From an uncultured delta proteobacterium (GTDB lineage: Bacteria > Myxococcota_A > Polyangia > Haliangiales > Haliangiaceae), in contig CAWKDB010000001.1 in the NCBI GenBank assembly GCA_963848295.1, positions 32,001-96,000 of the forward strand: DNA of 64,000 nt, given 5' to 3'. Under the pieces are notes generated by a model. That model was given only the letters and a program-made list of their open reading frames with translations. It made no database searches and had not been told where the DNA came from. Shown here piece by piece: positions 38,398-48,551 of this stretch. The first letter of the stretch is position 1. The number at the start of each line of letters is the position of its first letter. A program made the position numbers and the translations under genes.

Positions 38398-39650
38398 TTC
38401 TTCACCAGCTGGATCAGGACCTGGACCGGGTACATCGCGCCGGTCTCCTGGTTGCCTTCCTCGGAGTCGCCGACCGTGTAGTACGCCGCGCCGACCTGCG
38501 CGAGCAGCGCGACGCCGAGCGGATCGGCCTTGACGATGTCCCAGCGCAGCCCGGCATCGGCCTCCCACGCGTAGCCGCTGATCGCACTCGAGCTGCTGGT
38601 CATCCCGGGCGCGGGCGCAGGTGCGGCGCCGCCGCCGTAGTTGAATGCGAGCGCGATGTACGGGGTGACGCGCGTCTGGAGGATCATCCAGCGCACGACG
38701 AACCCGAGCGACAGGCCGCCGGCGAGGCTGCCGATCCGGACGGCGGCCTCGTAGTGGGCGAGTCGCCCGCCGAGCTCGGCTTCATACAAGCCGCCGCGAC
38801 CGCCGAGGTCGGCGCCGCCGACGAAGCCGACGGTGTAGGCGGTCTTGAGCTTGACCGGCGGTGTCGCGACGCCGGTACCGCCGCTCGAGTCGTCGCCGAT
38901 CGCGTCCATCCGGGTCAGGACGCCATCGACCCGAGACGTGTCATTCGCCGGGACCTGTGCGGTGAACGTGTACGGCGCGTAACCGTACGCGGTCAGCTTC
39001 ACCTCGTGCGGGCCGGGCGCGACGATCAGCTTCGCGGGCGTGACGCCGGCCGATCGATTGTCGACCGTGACGAGCGCGCCTTCGGGCACCGACGTCACGA
39101 CGAGCTCGCCGCTCGCGCCGCCGAGGTTGACCACGACATCGATCGGGTCGCCGTACTCGGTCGTGATGTCGCGAGGCTCGATCTGCGCGCCGCTCGCGAC
39201 GATGATGTGATGGCTGCCGCCTTTGATCATGCCGGTGTACGGCGTCGTGCCGACGTTGCCGCCGTCGATCGAGACGGTCGCGCCGTCGGGCAGCGAGCGC
39301 ACGGTGATCGAGCCCGGTCGCGTGCGCAGCTCGCTCAGCGTCTGGGCGACCTTCGCGTGATCCGGCGACGCCGGTGCGGCTTCGAGGTAGCGCTGATACC
39401 AGGTCGACGCCTCGCGCAGCTGGCCGAGCCGCTCGTAGTCGGTGGCGATGTTGAACATCGCGAACGGGTGTGGCACCAGCTCGTACGCGCGCAGGTAGTG
39501 CTCGATCGCGCCACGCCAATCCTTGGCGCGATCGGACGCTTCACCGGCGGCGAACGCGGCGCGGGCGTCGTCGCGTTCGTCGGCTCGAACCCCGCGCGCG
39601 CAGAGCCCCGACACGAGGAGGACGGCTAGGACGAGCGAGCCAATGCGCAT
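38394..39650 (-). CDS. Secreted TPR + tandem PEGA protein with C-terminal beta-barrel-like region
   Basis: AIEHYLRAYELVPHP TPR; two VxSxPxGAxVx(I/V)D...GxTP PEGA units. Confidence 0.8.
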   Translation of the reverse strand: MRIGSLVLAVLLVSGLCARGVRADERDDARAAFAAGEASDRAKDWRGAIEHYLRAYELVPHPFAMFNIATDYERLGQLREASTWYQRYLEAAPASPDHAKVAQTLSELRTRPGSITVRSLPDGATVSIDGGNVGTTPYTGMIKGGSHHIIVASGAQIEPRDITTEYGDPIDVVVNLGGASGELVVTSVPEGALVTVDNRSAGVTPAKLIVAPGPHEVKLTAYGYAPYTFTAQVPANDTSRVDGVLTRMDAIGDDSSGGTGVATPPVKLKTAYTVGFVGGADLGGRGGLYEAELGGRLAHYEAAVRIGSLAGGLSLGFVVRWMILQTRVTPYIALAFNYGGGAAPAPAPGMTSSSSAISGYAWEADAGLRWDIVKADPLGVALLAQVGAAYYTVGDSEEGNQETGAMYPVQVLIQLVKK

Positions 39651-41206
39651 CAGTAAGGATTCGGCTTATAGCCCGAGCCGGCGCCGGGATCGGGCGTGAC
39701 GCCGCGCGGATGATCGGTATGCGGCGTCGCTGGCGTGGACGGCACGGTCTCGCCGTGCGATCCGGGCGCGGTGCGGCCGGGCGTCGCCGGCAGCTTCGCG
39801 ATGGCCTTGGCCCCAGCGGGTTTCGGCTTCGCGATCCCTGGGGGCTTGACCGAGCCCGAGCCAGAGCCCGCGCCAGCCACGACCCGAGGCACGGGCTGGA
39901 GCGTGATCACCGCGGACGTGCGCTCGCCCGCCGGGACGTCCTCGTCTTCGTCGACCGCGAGGTAATCGGCGAGCTCGATGTGGAGGTGGTGGCGACCCGG
40001 TTTGACGGTCACCCCGAGCGGCGTGCTACCCGACTCGGCGTTGTCGATGCTGACCCGGCCACCGGGCGGGATGGTCTTGATCTCGAGCGTGCCGGTCGCC
40101 GCGACTGCGGGCGTGGTCGCGGCCGCGGGCGTCGTCGCGGCCGGTGGTGTGACCTCGCCAGTGACCCCGCCAGCCGCGGCTTGCTCGCCGTTGTTCGCCG
40201 CGACGATCGCGATCGCGGCACCCGCGACGATGGTGACGGCGACCAGCGCGTACGGCCAGCGCCTGCGAGGCGCCGGCGGTCGCGTGATCGCATGCGCGAC
40301 CGAGCTCGAAACGCCGACCGTGCCGGCGAGCGCGAGCTGCGAGATGTTGTGCTCGTGATGGAGCTCCGCGATGAACGCCTCGGCGGTGGCGACCCGATCC
40401 TCCGGCTCTTTTTGCAGCGCGTGATGGACCGCCGCGCACAGGTTCGCCGGCAGCCCGGGCCGGACATCCCCGACCGGCGGCGGCGACGCGGTCAGCACCT
40501 TCGCGATCAGGATGGGATAGGTCGCGCCGTCGAACGGCGGCTTGCCGGCGAGCATCTCGTACAAGATCACGCCGCACGCGTAGAGGTCGACGCGCGGATC
40601 GATCTCGACGCCCATCGCCTGCTCGGGCGCCATGTACAGCGGCGTGCCCATCACCATGCCGGTCGTGGTGAGCCGGGTCGGAATATCCTCGCCGATGTTG
40701 AGGATCTTCGAGATGCCGAAGTCGAGCAGCTTGACGAAGTCGTGCTGATCGTCGTCGTCGACGAGGAAGATATTATCGGGCTTGAGATCGCGATGGATGA
40801 TGCCCTTGGCGTGGGCGGCGCCGACCGCGCGCAGCGTCTGGCGCATGATGTCGATCGCGCGCCACGGCTCCATCGGACCGGTGCGCAGCAGGATCTCCGA
40901 TAGCGACGCGCCGGACAGCAGCTCCATGACGACGAACGGTCGGCCATCCTCCGACACGCCGATGTGCTGGACGTCGACGATGTGCGCGTTGCCGATCCGG
41001 CTCGCGGCGAGCGCTTCGCGTTGAAACCGCGCGATCGCATCGGCGTCCTGCGCGAACTTCTCGAGCATGACCTTGACCGCGACGCGCTTGCCGAGCTGGA
41101 CGTGCTCGGCCTCGTACACCACCCCCATGCCGCCCCGTCCGATCTCGCGAACGATCCGGTAACGAGCGTCGAGCGTCTCGCCTAACAGAGAAGCAACCGC
41201 GTCCAC
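39650..41206 (-). CDS. Membrane Ser/Thr protein kinase with PEGA domain
   Basis: [35 protein letters not shown] segment; PEGA. Confidence 0.95.
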   Translation of the reverse strand: MDAVASLLGETLDARYRIVREIGRGGMGVVYEAEHVQLGKRVAVKVMLEKFAQDADAIARFQREALAASRIGNAHIVDVQHIGVSEDGRPFVVMELLSGASLSEILLRTGPMEPWRAIDIMRQTLRAVGAAHAKGIIHRDLKPDNIFLVDDDDQHDFVKLLDFGISKILNIGEDIPTRLTTTGMVMGTPLYMAPEQAMGVEIDPRVDLYACGVILYEMLAGKPPFDGATYPILIAKVLTASPPPVGDVRPGLPANLCAAVHHALQKEPEDRVATAEAFIAELHHEHNISQLALAGTVGVSSSVAHAITRPPAPRRRWPYALVAVTIVAGAAIAIVAANNGEQAAAGGVTGEVTPPAATTPAAATTPAVAATGTLEIKTIPPGGRVSIDNAESGSTPLGVTVKPGRHHLHIELADYLAVDEDEDVPAGERTSAVITLQPVPRVVAGAGSGSGSVKPPGIAKPKPAGAKAIAKLPATPGRTAPGSHGETVPSTPATPHTDHPRGVTPDPGAGSGYKPNPY

Positions 41207-41233
41207 AGGCCCCCGATGGTAATCGATCATGTG

Positions 41234-41337
41234 GGGGACGCTGTCTCTATTGTCAACTTGCGGGCGAGAGCCCAGCGCGTAACGGACGGTTTTCGCCGAG
41301 GTTTTCTGGGGACGCTGTCTCTATTGTCACCTTGCGG
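41234..41337. repeat. Direct repeat pair, 30 bp, 44-bp spacer
   Basis: GGGGACGCTGTCTCTATTGTCA(A/C)CTTGCGG at 41234-41263 and 41308-41337. Confidence 0.95.
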
Positions 41338-41363
41338 TCGCGGGGTTGGTCGGCGAACGTCGA

Positions 41364-42014
41364 TTATTTCGGTGACGCCGCGACGTCGACGACCGCGGCG
41401 GCATACGCCTGTGCGGCGGCTTCACAGGCGTCGAGGGTGCCGGTCAGCCACGCGCACGCGAAGTTGGTCTCGGTCGGCGGCGGCGTGATGCGCACGCTGC
41501 GGACGTCGGCGGCCTTGAGCGCGGCGTCGAGCCCGATCGTGGCCTCGAGCGGCGGTGCGACGAGGTACGCCATCGGCTCGCCGACCGACAGCCCGGCTTC
41601 GCGCGACAGGTACTCGCCGAGCGACGCGATGACATGCGGGAACACCGTCACGGTGCGCTTGCCATCGGCGTCGTAGAAGCACGCGTCGTGGGCGAGGCAG
41701 CGCAGCAGTGCGTCGAGCCCGGCGTCGATCGCCTCGGGCTCGGCCGCACCGAGCACGCCGAGGATCTCGCCCGACAGCCGGCCGCTCGCGTGCGCCGCGC
41801 CGGCATAGAAGCTGCGCGCGAAGATGACGTCGACCTGCGCGTGCTTGGTCGCTTCGTCGAGCGCGACGTACATCGCGTCGTCCTGATCGCACGTGACCAG
41901 GCCGAGCGAGCGATGGCGCTCCGGGTCTCCGCCGTAGCCGCGGATCAGCGCGGGATCGGCGTTCGGCAGCCTGCGCACCGAGAGCACGATCGGCACGATC
42001 GGCTCGAGAATCAC
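41364..42014 (-). CDS. eutL: Microcompartment shell protein EutL (BMC-T)
   Basis: RSLGLVTCDQDD..YVALDEATK, SFYAGA...LSGE, AYLVAPPLEA..GLDAALKAADV, PPTETNF; 216 aa. Confidence 0.93.
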   Translation of the reverse strand: MILEPIVPIVLSVRRLPNADPALIRGYGGDPERHRSLGLVTCDQDDAMYVALDEATKHAQVDVIFARSFYAGAAHASGRLSGEILGVLGAAEPEAIDAGLDALLRCLAHDACFYDADGKRTVTVFPHVIASLGEYLSREAGLSVGEPMAYLVAPPLEATIGLDAALKAADVRSVRITPPPTETNFACAWLTGTLDACEAAAQAYAAAVVDVAASPK

Positions 42015-42910
42015 ACGTGCTCCACGAGCTTCTGGCGCACCTGCGGCGCACGCGGTGCACGCTCGCTGGCCTCGCCGATCCGCGCGAGGTCCAGGCTCAC
42101 GCCGCTCGTCTTCTGCTCGATCATCGCGGCGGCGAACCCGGCGAGCCGCGCCGCCGCTTCGGCGATCGGAATGCCGCGCGGATGGATGTTCGAGATCATG
42201 TTGCGATCGCCGTCGGTGTTGCCGACCTTCGGGTTGTAGACGACGTACGCCGACAAGCCATCACCGGTGCCGAGCCCCGGGCGTTCGCCGAGCAGGATCA
42301 TCGCGACCTTCGCGCCGACGACCTGGCCGATCTCGTCTTCGAGCCACACCCGCGCGAACCGCGCCGCGATCGGTGTGCCAACGGTCAGCTTGCGCGCGGT
42401 GCATGCCGCGGCGACCGCATCGTAGAGCTGCTTGCCCGAGCCGACGCAAGCGACCGCCGAGAGGCCGTCGGCGACGATGATCTGAACGTCGGGGCCTTTG
42501 ATCGCCTTCGCGCGCAGGTCTGCGAGCGACGTATCGGACAGCCGACGTCCGAGATCCGGACGCAGCAGGAACTCGCGATGATCGGCGACGCGAGTCGCGA
42601 GGCCCAAGAAGCCGTGATGCGCGGCCCAACCATCGGGCAACAGCGCCTCGACCGCGCCGTGCGCGACCGCGAGCTCGGCTTGGAACTGGAGCACGACCTC
42701 GGTCGCATAGCGCGTGCCGACGTGGCCGATGCCGACGAGCGCCGTCGTGTGGCGCGCGGCGACCGCGGCGAACGGCGAGCGCTCGGGCCTCGGCGTGTAG
42801 ACCCGCGCGGGCGGCGGCGGGATCGGCGGCAGCGCCGGCGCGGGCGGCAGCGGGTCGGAGCTGCCGAGTCGGTCGCGCAGCGCGTCCATCAGCTGCCGGG
42901 TTCGACTCAC
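42011..42910 (-). CDS. eutC: Ethanolamine ammonia-lyase small subunit
   Basis: FLLRPDLGRRL, DVQIIVADGLS, LGERPGL, RNMISNIH. Confidence 0.95.
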   Translation of the reverse strand: MSRTRQLMDALRDRLGSSDPLPPAPALPPIPPPPARVYTPRPERSPFAAVAARHTTALVGIGHVGTRYATEVVLQFQAELAVAHGAVEALLPDGWAAHHGFLGLATRVADHREFLLRPDLGRRLSDTSLADLRAKAIKGPDVQIIVADGLSAVACVGSGKQLYDAVAAACTARKLTVGTPIAARFARVWLEDEIGQVVGAKVAMILLGERPGLGTGDGLSAYVVYNPKVGNTDGDRNMISNIHPRGIPIAEAAARLAGFAAAMIEQKTSGVSLDLARIGEASERAPRAPQVRQKLVEHV

Positions 42911-42965
42911 GCAGCGTACGTCATCACGGCGCTAGCGACGACGCAAGGTTCACGGCGTGGAGTCG

Positions 42966-43697
42966 CTACAGCTGGCCGCACACCGCGATCTGGTAATCGT
43001 TGTTCGACCCGCCGAGATCGGTGCCGAGCTGACTCGCGAGCTCGGTGACGAATTGAAAGCTGCCGTCGCTCGCGACCGTTCCCTGCCACTCGATCAACGT
43101 CGTGTTGTCGACGCGCGGCGAGCCCTCGTACGACGCGTCGTACCAGACCAGGCCTTGCGGCGAGATGCCGTTGCATCCCCAGCTGCTCGCGCCGTCGTCG
43201 TTCGCGCCCTCACAATAGATGTAGAACGTGCCGCCGCCGTACATCGTGACATCGATGATCGATTCGTCGTCCTCGAAGCCGAGCGTCGGGACGCCCGCGC
43301 TCGGGATCGCCTCGCGCGTCCCGTCGGTGGCCATCACGCTCGCCGGAGTCGATGACCACGCGCCGCACCCGGTGACCGCATCGCACGCCCGCGACCGCGA
43401 GGTCACCGCGAACGACCCGACCGACGCGGTCGTCGTGCCGGGCGCGAAATACGGGACGAGCTGCGCGAACGTCACGGCGGTGACCCCTGTCGGCAGCGTG
43501 TACGGATCCGCCGTGCAGCCCGCGCTGATCCCCGCATCGCCGGTCGCTAGCGACGCGTCGGTCTCGTGCTCGCTGTCGACCGGCGCGAGCTCGCTGTCGG
43601 GTGAGCCACCGCGGCTCGCATCCGGAGCGAGCTCCGGGCGACCGGCGTGACCGCATGCTGTAAGCACGAACACGACGAGCACGCGCGCGCGGAGCAT
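42966..43697 (-). CDS. Hypothetical lipoprotein
   Basis: Lipobox LTAC; acidic linker; RSRAC...TGCGAW motif. Confidence 0.6.
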   Translation of the reverse strand: MLRARVLVVFVLTACGHAGRPELAPDASRGGSPDSELAPVDSEHETDASLATGDAGISAGCTADPYTLPTGVTAVTFAQLVPYFAPGTTTASVGSFAVTSRSRACDAVTGCGAWSSTPASVMATDGTREAIPSAGVPTLGFEDDESIIDVTMYGGGTFYIYCEGANDDGASSWGCNGISPQGLVWYDASYEGSPRVDNTTLIEWQGTVASDGSFQFVTELASQLGTDLGGSNNDYQIAVCGQL

Positions 43698-43750
43698 GCC
43701 CTCCGGACGCAACGACCCCGCGGGGAGTCGCATGTGCGATATGAACGGGC

Positions 43751-44557
43751 ATGGACGCGTACACGCGAGTCGTTTGCCAGTGGTGTAACAACCAGAGTCA
43801 GAGTCCGACGCAGTGCTCGTTCTGCGGCGCGCCACTCGACGTCAAGGACACGGTCACCGAGTCGGGCTGGCGCGAGGCGCCGCGCCTGCGCGACATGACC
43901 GAGATCCATTTCGACCAGAGCACGTGCCAGGTCGAAGGCGAGGTGGTGCCGGTCGTCGAGATCGCGCTCGCCGAGACCGACTCGGTCTACTTCGAGCATC
44001 ACGTCATGCTGTGGAAGCAGCCGACCGTGCCGGTCCAGCTGATGCCGACGCAGGGCCCGAAGCGGTCGTTCTTCAACCTGCCGCACCTGATCACCGTCGC
44101 ATCCGGGCCCGGCCGGATCGCATTCTCGCGCGACGCGAGCGGCGAGATCGTCGTGCTGCCGCTCCATCCCGGGATGGAGGTCGACGTGCGCGAACACGCG
44201 TTCCTGCTCGCGAGCTCGCGGATCTCGTACACGTATGTGCGGATCAAGGGCCTCGCGAACATCCTGCACGGCGGCAACGGCATGTGGCTCGATCGGTTCG
44301 TGACGAGCAACGCACCGGGGCTGCTCGTGTTGCACGGCTACGGCAACGTGTTCGAGCGCATGCTCGCGCCCGGCGAAGTGATTCAAGTCGAGCCCGGCGC
44401 GATGCTGTTCAAGGATGCGTCGGTCACGCTCGAGACCGAGAAGATCAAGCTGTCGAGTGGCTTGCTCGGCGGCACGTCGATGTACCTCGCGAAGCTCACC
44501 GGGCCGGGCCGGGTCGGCATCCAGTCGATGTATCACCACGGCGGAGCGGGCGAATGA
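43751..44557 (+). CDS. AIM24-family protein with N-terminal zinc ribbon
   Basis: CQWC...CSFCG; GPGRIAFS, GLLVLHGYG, LTGPGRVGIQS. Confidence 0.85.
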   Translation: MDAYTRVVCQWCNNQSQSPTQCSFCGAPLDVKDTVTESGWREAPRLRDMTEIHFDQSTCQVEGEVVPVVEIALAETDSVYFEHHVMLWKQPTVPVQLMPTQGPKRSFFNLPHLITVASGPGRIAFSRDASGEIVVLPLHPGMEVDVREHAFLLASSRISYTYVRIKGLANILHGGNGMWLDRFVTSNAPGLLVLHGYGNVFERMLAPGEVIQVEPGAMLFKDASVTLETEKIKLSSGLLGGTSMYLAKLTGPGRVGIQSMYHHGGAGE

Positions 44558-45444
44558 GTCTGTACAGCTGCCCGTTCTGCTCGACCGCGAGCCCGGCCGA
44601 CACCGCGACGTGTCCCGGTTGCGGCGCGCCGATCGATGTGACGCGCAAGCCGAGCGCGTCGGGCTGGCTCGAGCTGCCGCCGGCGCAAGACCTCGCGCGA
44701 ATCCAAGCGGGGCGATCGTCGCTGCAGATCGAGGGCACGCTCGTCCCGGTCGCCGACTTCAAGCTCGCCGACGGCGATGGCGTCTACTTCGGTCATCACG
44801 AGCTGCTGTGGAAGGATCCGGCGGTGCATGTCCAGCAAATGGGGCTGAAGGGCGCGTGGAAGCGGATGCTCGCCGGCTTGCCGGTGCACATGCTGACCGC
44901 GAAGGGGCCGGGCCGGATCGCGTTCTCGCGCGACGCGCCGGGCGAGATGCTCGCGATTCCGATCGCGCCCGGACGCGAGGTCGAGGTGCGCGAGCACGTG
45001 TTCCTCGCGGCGACGCAGCACGTGCAGTACGACTACATGAATTCGTACGTCTGGTACGAGACGCGCAGCGGCGACGAGGTCGAGATGCACTTTCCGATCG
45101 GCCGCCTGCTCGACAAGTTCAGCGCGCCGACCGAGCCCGGTTTGTTGCTGATCCACGCGCACGGCAACGCGTTCGTGCGCACGCTCGCTAAGGGCGAGTC
45201 GGTGCTCGTCAAGGCGTCGGCGCTGCTCTACAAGGACGCGTATGTCGACATGTCGCTCCACTTCGAATACGCGGAGCGCAAGGGCTTCGCGAGCTGGTTC
45301 TCGTCGGCGTGGAACTTTCAGCGCTATCTGTGGCTGCACTTGACCGGGCCGGGACGCGTCGCGATCCAGTCGGCGTACGGGCACCACCACGATCCCGAGC
45401 TCGCGATCTATCGTTCGTCGGCAGCGACCGAGGCGTTCTGGTGA
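44554..45444 (+). CDS. AIM24-family protein with N-terminal zinc ribbon (paralogue)
   Basis: CPFC...CPGCG; GPGRIAFSRD, LTGPGRVAIQS; ATGA overlap. Confidence 0.85.
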   Translation: MSLYSCPFCSTASPADTATCPGCGAPIDVTRKPSASGWLELPPAQDLARIQAGRSSLQIEGTLVPVADFKLADGDGVYFGHHELLWKDPAVHVQQMGLKGAWKRMLAGLPVHMLTAKGPGRIAFSRDAPGEMLAIPIAPGREVEVREHVFLAATQHVQYDYMNSYVWYETRSGDEVEMHFPIGRLLDKFSAPTEPGLLLIHAHGNAFVRTLAKGESVLVKASALLYKDAYVDMSLHFEYAERKGFASWFSSAWNFQRYLWLHLTGPGRVAIQSAYGHHHDPELAIYRSSAATEAFW

Positions 45445-47084
45445 CAGCGCGACTCGCGCTCGTGCTCGCGCTGACCAGCTGCGCGCACCTGCCGCGAGCG
45501 ACCCCGCCGATCGCGGGCGCCGACACGCCGCCGGTGGTGACGCCGCTCGCACCCGCGATCGTGCTCGGCGGCGCCGGAGATGAAGCGGGCTACGGCGAGC
45601 GTACCGTGGCGCGCGCGCCCGACGCGATCGCCGATGCCGCCGAAGCCGCGGTGGTCGCGCGCACGTGGTCGGCCGCGTCGTTCGTGCGCGATCCTCGGGT
45701 GTCCGCCGCGGCCGCCGAGATCGCGGACGCGATCGCGCGCGGCGGGCCGGTGGTCGACGACGAGGCGGTCCGGTTCGCGCTCGATCGCCACGGCGTGATC
45801 GAGCCGGCCGTGATGGTCGACGTGACCGGCCCGGTCGACTCGGCCGGCGCGCTGGTCGATGCGATCGCCGGCAAGCTCGCCGGGGTCCGCGGTGCCGCGC
45901 ACCGGCTCGGTATCGCTGGTCACGCGCGCCGGGTCGCGATCGTCACCGGCGCCGAGCTGATGACGCTTGTCCGGCCGCTGCCCCGCGCGTTGCCGTTCGG
46001 CGGTGCCGCCGTACTCGACGCCGTGCTCGATGCACGGCTCCACGCGCCGCACCTCAACGTCACGCACGAGGACGACCGTGTCGACCATCCGCCCGTGATC
46101 GCGATCGGCGACCATCACTTCGCCGTGACGATCGCATGTGGCGCGCACGTCGGTGTGCAATGGGTCGCGATCGAGGCGTGCGATCCGAGCAACGCGCCGG
46201 TCGGCCTCGGAGCGCTCCCGATCGTCTGTTACGGCGAGCCGACCCCGGTCTACCGGATCGAGCCGGTCGCGAACACCTCGGCGTCCGACCCGGCGCGCGC
46301 ACTGGCGGCGATCATCAACCGCGAGCGCGCGGCCGGTGCCCTTCCGCCGTTGCGCGGCGACATCCGGCTCGATCGTGTCGCTCGCGATCACGCCGCGCGC
46401 ATGGCTCGCGCGCAACGAGTCTCGCATGACCTCGGCGGCTCGGCGCGCGATCGACTGCGCCGCGCCGGCCTCGATCCACCGCGCGTCGGCGAGACCGTGC
46501 TCGCCGCCGGCGACCTCGGCGCGGTCGCCGAACGGCTGATGAACGCCCCGGGCTTTCAATCGTCGATCGAGGGCGGCGGCACGCTCCGCGCGGGTCGCCC
46601 CGATTACACCCACGTCGGCGTCGGCGCGGCGCGTGGTCGCGACGGCCAGCTCTACGTCGCGGTCGAGCTCGCCGGTATCCCGCCGCGCACCGATCCGGCG
46701 CTGGTCACCGCCGCGGTGCTCGCCAAGCTGTCGGTGGTCTCGCAGATCCCGCTCGCGGTCGAGCCGCGGCTGTCCGCGGTCGCGGCGCGGCTCGCCGAAG
46801 CCCAAGCCGCCGGCGCGACCGGCGAACAGCTCGCCGACTACATCACGACCAACACCGGGTTCGCCTACTCGCGCGTCTCGCAGGCGTCGGCGCGCATCGT
46901 CACGCTCGACGAGATCGACGCCGCCAAGCTGATCACCGCGAACCCGTTCCACCGCATCGGCATCGGCATCTATCAGGATCCACCCGGCGGCCGGACGCCC
47001 GGCTGGATCTGGATCTCGATCCTCTACGCCAAGCTCGATGATCAACCGCCGAAGCCGAGCCACGCGGGCGGACCCGACATCTGA
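45441..47084 (+). CDS. CAP/SCP-domain lipoprotein
   Basis: Lipobox LTSC; INRERAA...L..VARDHA..M, YTHVGVG. Confidence 0.75.
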   Translation: MTARLALVLALTSCAHLPRATPPIAGADTPPVVTPLAPAIVLGGAGDEAGYGERTVARAPDAIADAAEAAVVARTWSAASFVRDPRVSAAAAEIADAIARGGPVVDDEAVRFALDRHGVIEPAVMVDVTGPVDSAGALVDAIAGKLAGVRGAAHRLGIAGHARRVAIVTGAELMTLVRPLPRALPFGGAAVLDAVLDARLHAPHLNVTHEDDRVDHPPVIAIGDHHFAVTIACGAHVGVQWVAIEACDPSNAPVGLGALPIVCYGEPTPVYRIEPVANTSASDPARALAAIINRERAAGALPPLRGDIRLDRVARDHAARMARAQRVSHDLGGSARDRLRRAGLDPPRVGETVLAAGDLGAVAERLMNAPGFQSSIEGGGTLRAGRPDYTHVGVGAARGRDGQLYVAVELAGIPPRTDPALVTAAVLAKLSVVSQIPLAVEPRLSAVAARLAEAQAAGATGEQLADYITTNTGFAYSRVSQASARIVTLDEIDAAKLITANPFHRIGIGIYQDPPGGRTPGWIWISILYAKLDDQPPKPSHAGGPDI

Positions 47085-47087
47085 CGT

Positions 47088-48449
47088 TCAGCGAATCGCG
47101 CTCGCGTCGCCGAACTTCGGACCGGGGTCCTCGCCGCGCCAGATGCCCGCCGCATCGAGCCAAGCGTCGAACTCCGGGGTCGCGCGCTTGTGCAGCAGGC
47201 GGCGGATCGTCGGGATGTCGTGATAGCTCGTCGATTGATAGTTGAGCATGATGTCGTCGCCGACCGGCAGCGACATCAAGTACGTGCAGCCGGCCGCGCC
47301 GAGCAGCACCTTGAGGCTCTCGAGCTCGTCCTGCGACATCTTCGAGTGGTACGTGAAGCAGGCGTCGCAGCCCATCGGCAGGCCGAGCAGCTTGCCCATC
47401 GCGTGATCCTCGAGCGCCGCACGCGAGATCTGCGCGCCGTCTTCGAGGTACTCCGGGCCGATGAACCCGACGACGGTGTTGACCAGGAACGGCTTGTAGC
47501 GCCGCGCGAGGCCGTGCGCGCGCGCTTCGATCGTGACTTGATCGGCGCCGTGATGCGCGGCGCTCGACAGCGCCGAGCCCTGGCCGGTCTCGAAGTACAT
47601 CCGGTTCGGGCCCTTCGCCGTGCCCTTGACCTTCATCATCGCCCACGCTTCGTCGAGCAGCTTCGCGCTGATCCCGAACGCGCGATTGCCGGCCTCGGTG
47701 CCGGCGAGCGACTGGAACATCAGGTCCATCGGGCAGCCGAGCTCGAGCGCCTTCATCTGGACCGTGACGTGCGACAACACGCAGTGTTGCGTCGGGATCG
47801 CGTTGCGCTTCAACACGTCGTCGATCGCGATGAGGATCTCGGCGGTCGACTCGGGCGTATCGGTCGCGGGGTTGACGCCGATCACCGCGTCGCCGCAGCC
47901 GTACGACAGGCCCTCGCGCATCGACGCGAGGATGCCCTCCACATCGTCGGTCGGATGGTTCGGCTGGCAGCGCGACGACAACCGCCCGGGCAACCCGAGC
48001 GTCGAGTTCGCGCGCACGACGACCTGGCACTTCGCGCCGACCGTCATCAGATCGAAGTTCGACATCAACTTCGCGGCGGCCGCGACCATCTCGGGCGTCA
48101 GACCCGGTGCGACCGCGCGCAGCGTCGGGCCGGTCGTGCCGATGTCGAGCAGCCACTCGCGGAACTGGCCGACCGTGAGGTGCGAGACCGCGCGATACGC
48201 TTGGTCGTCGAGCTCGTCTTCGATCAAGCGGGTCAGCTCGTCGACCTCGTACGGCACGACCGGGTTCGCGCGCAGCTCCGCGAGCGTCATCCCCGCGAGC
48301 ACCGCACGCGCCGCGACGCGCTCGACCGGATCGCGCGCCGACACGCCGGCGAGGTCGTCGCCGCTCTTCGGCGGGTTCGCCTTCGCGAGCACCTCTTTGA
48401 CCGAGGCGAAGCGATACGACACGCCTCGGATCGTGGAAGCCAGCTGCAC
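47088..48449 (-). CDS. eutB: Ethanolamine ammonia-lyase large subunit
   Basis: QPNHPTDD, GDAVIGVNP, YFETGQGS, NTVVGFIGPEYL, DDIMLNYQSTSYHD; 453 aa from GTG 48449. Confidence 0.97.
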   Translation of the reverse strand: MQLASTIRGVSYRFASVKEVLAKANPPKSGDDLAGVSARDPVERVAARAVLAGMTLAELRANPVVPYEVDELTRLIEDELDDQAYRAVSHLTVGQFREWLLDIGTTGPTLRAVAPGLTPEMVAAAAKLMSNFDLMTVGAKCQVVVRANSTLGLPGRLSSRCQPNHPTDDVEGILASMREGLSYGCGDAVIGVNPATDTPESTAEILIAIDDVLKRNAIPTQHCVLSHVTVQMKALELGCPMDLMFQSLAGTEAGNRAFGISAKLLDEAWAMMKVKGTAKGPNRMYFETGQGSALSSAAHHGADQVTIEARAHGLARRYKPFLVNTVVGFIGPEYLEDGAQISRAALEDHAMGKLLGLPMGCDACFTYHSKMSQDELESLKVLLGAAGCTYLMSLPVGDDIMLNYQSTSYHDIPTIRRLLHKRATPEFDAWLDAAGIWRGEDPGPKFGDASAIR

Positions 48450-48551
48450 GGCGGCGCATCGTAGCCGATCCCACATCCTCGACACGTGTTCGGCAGGCCG
48501 GTGAACGTTCGACAACGTCGGTCGCGGGCTTACCAGAATTGTAATTTAGAT

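Noticed and set aside
48450..48551. Cobalamin riboswitch or ANTAR hairpins upstream of eutB
   Set aside because: Region is only about 100 nt and I could not find B12-box or tandem-hairpin motifs
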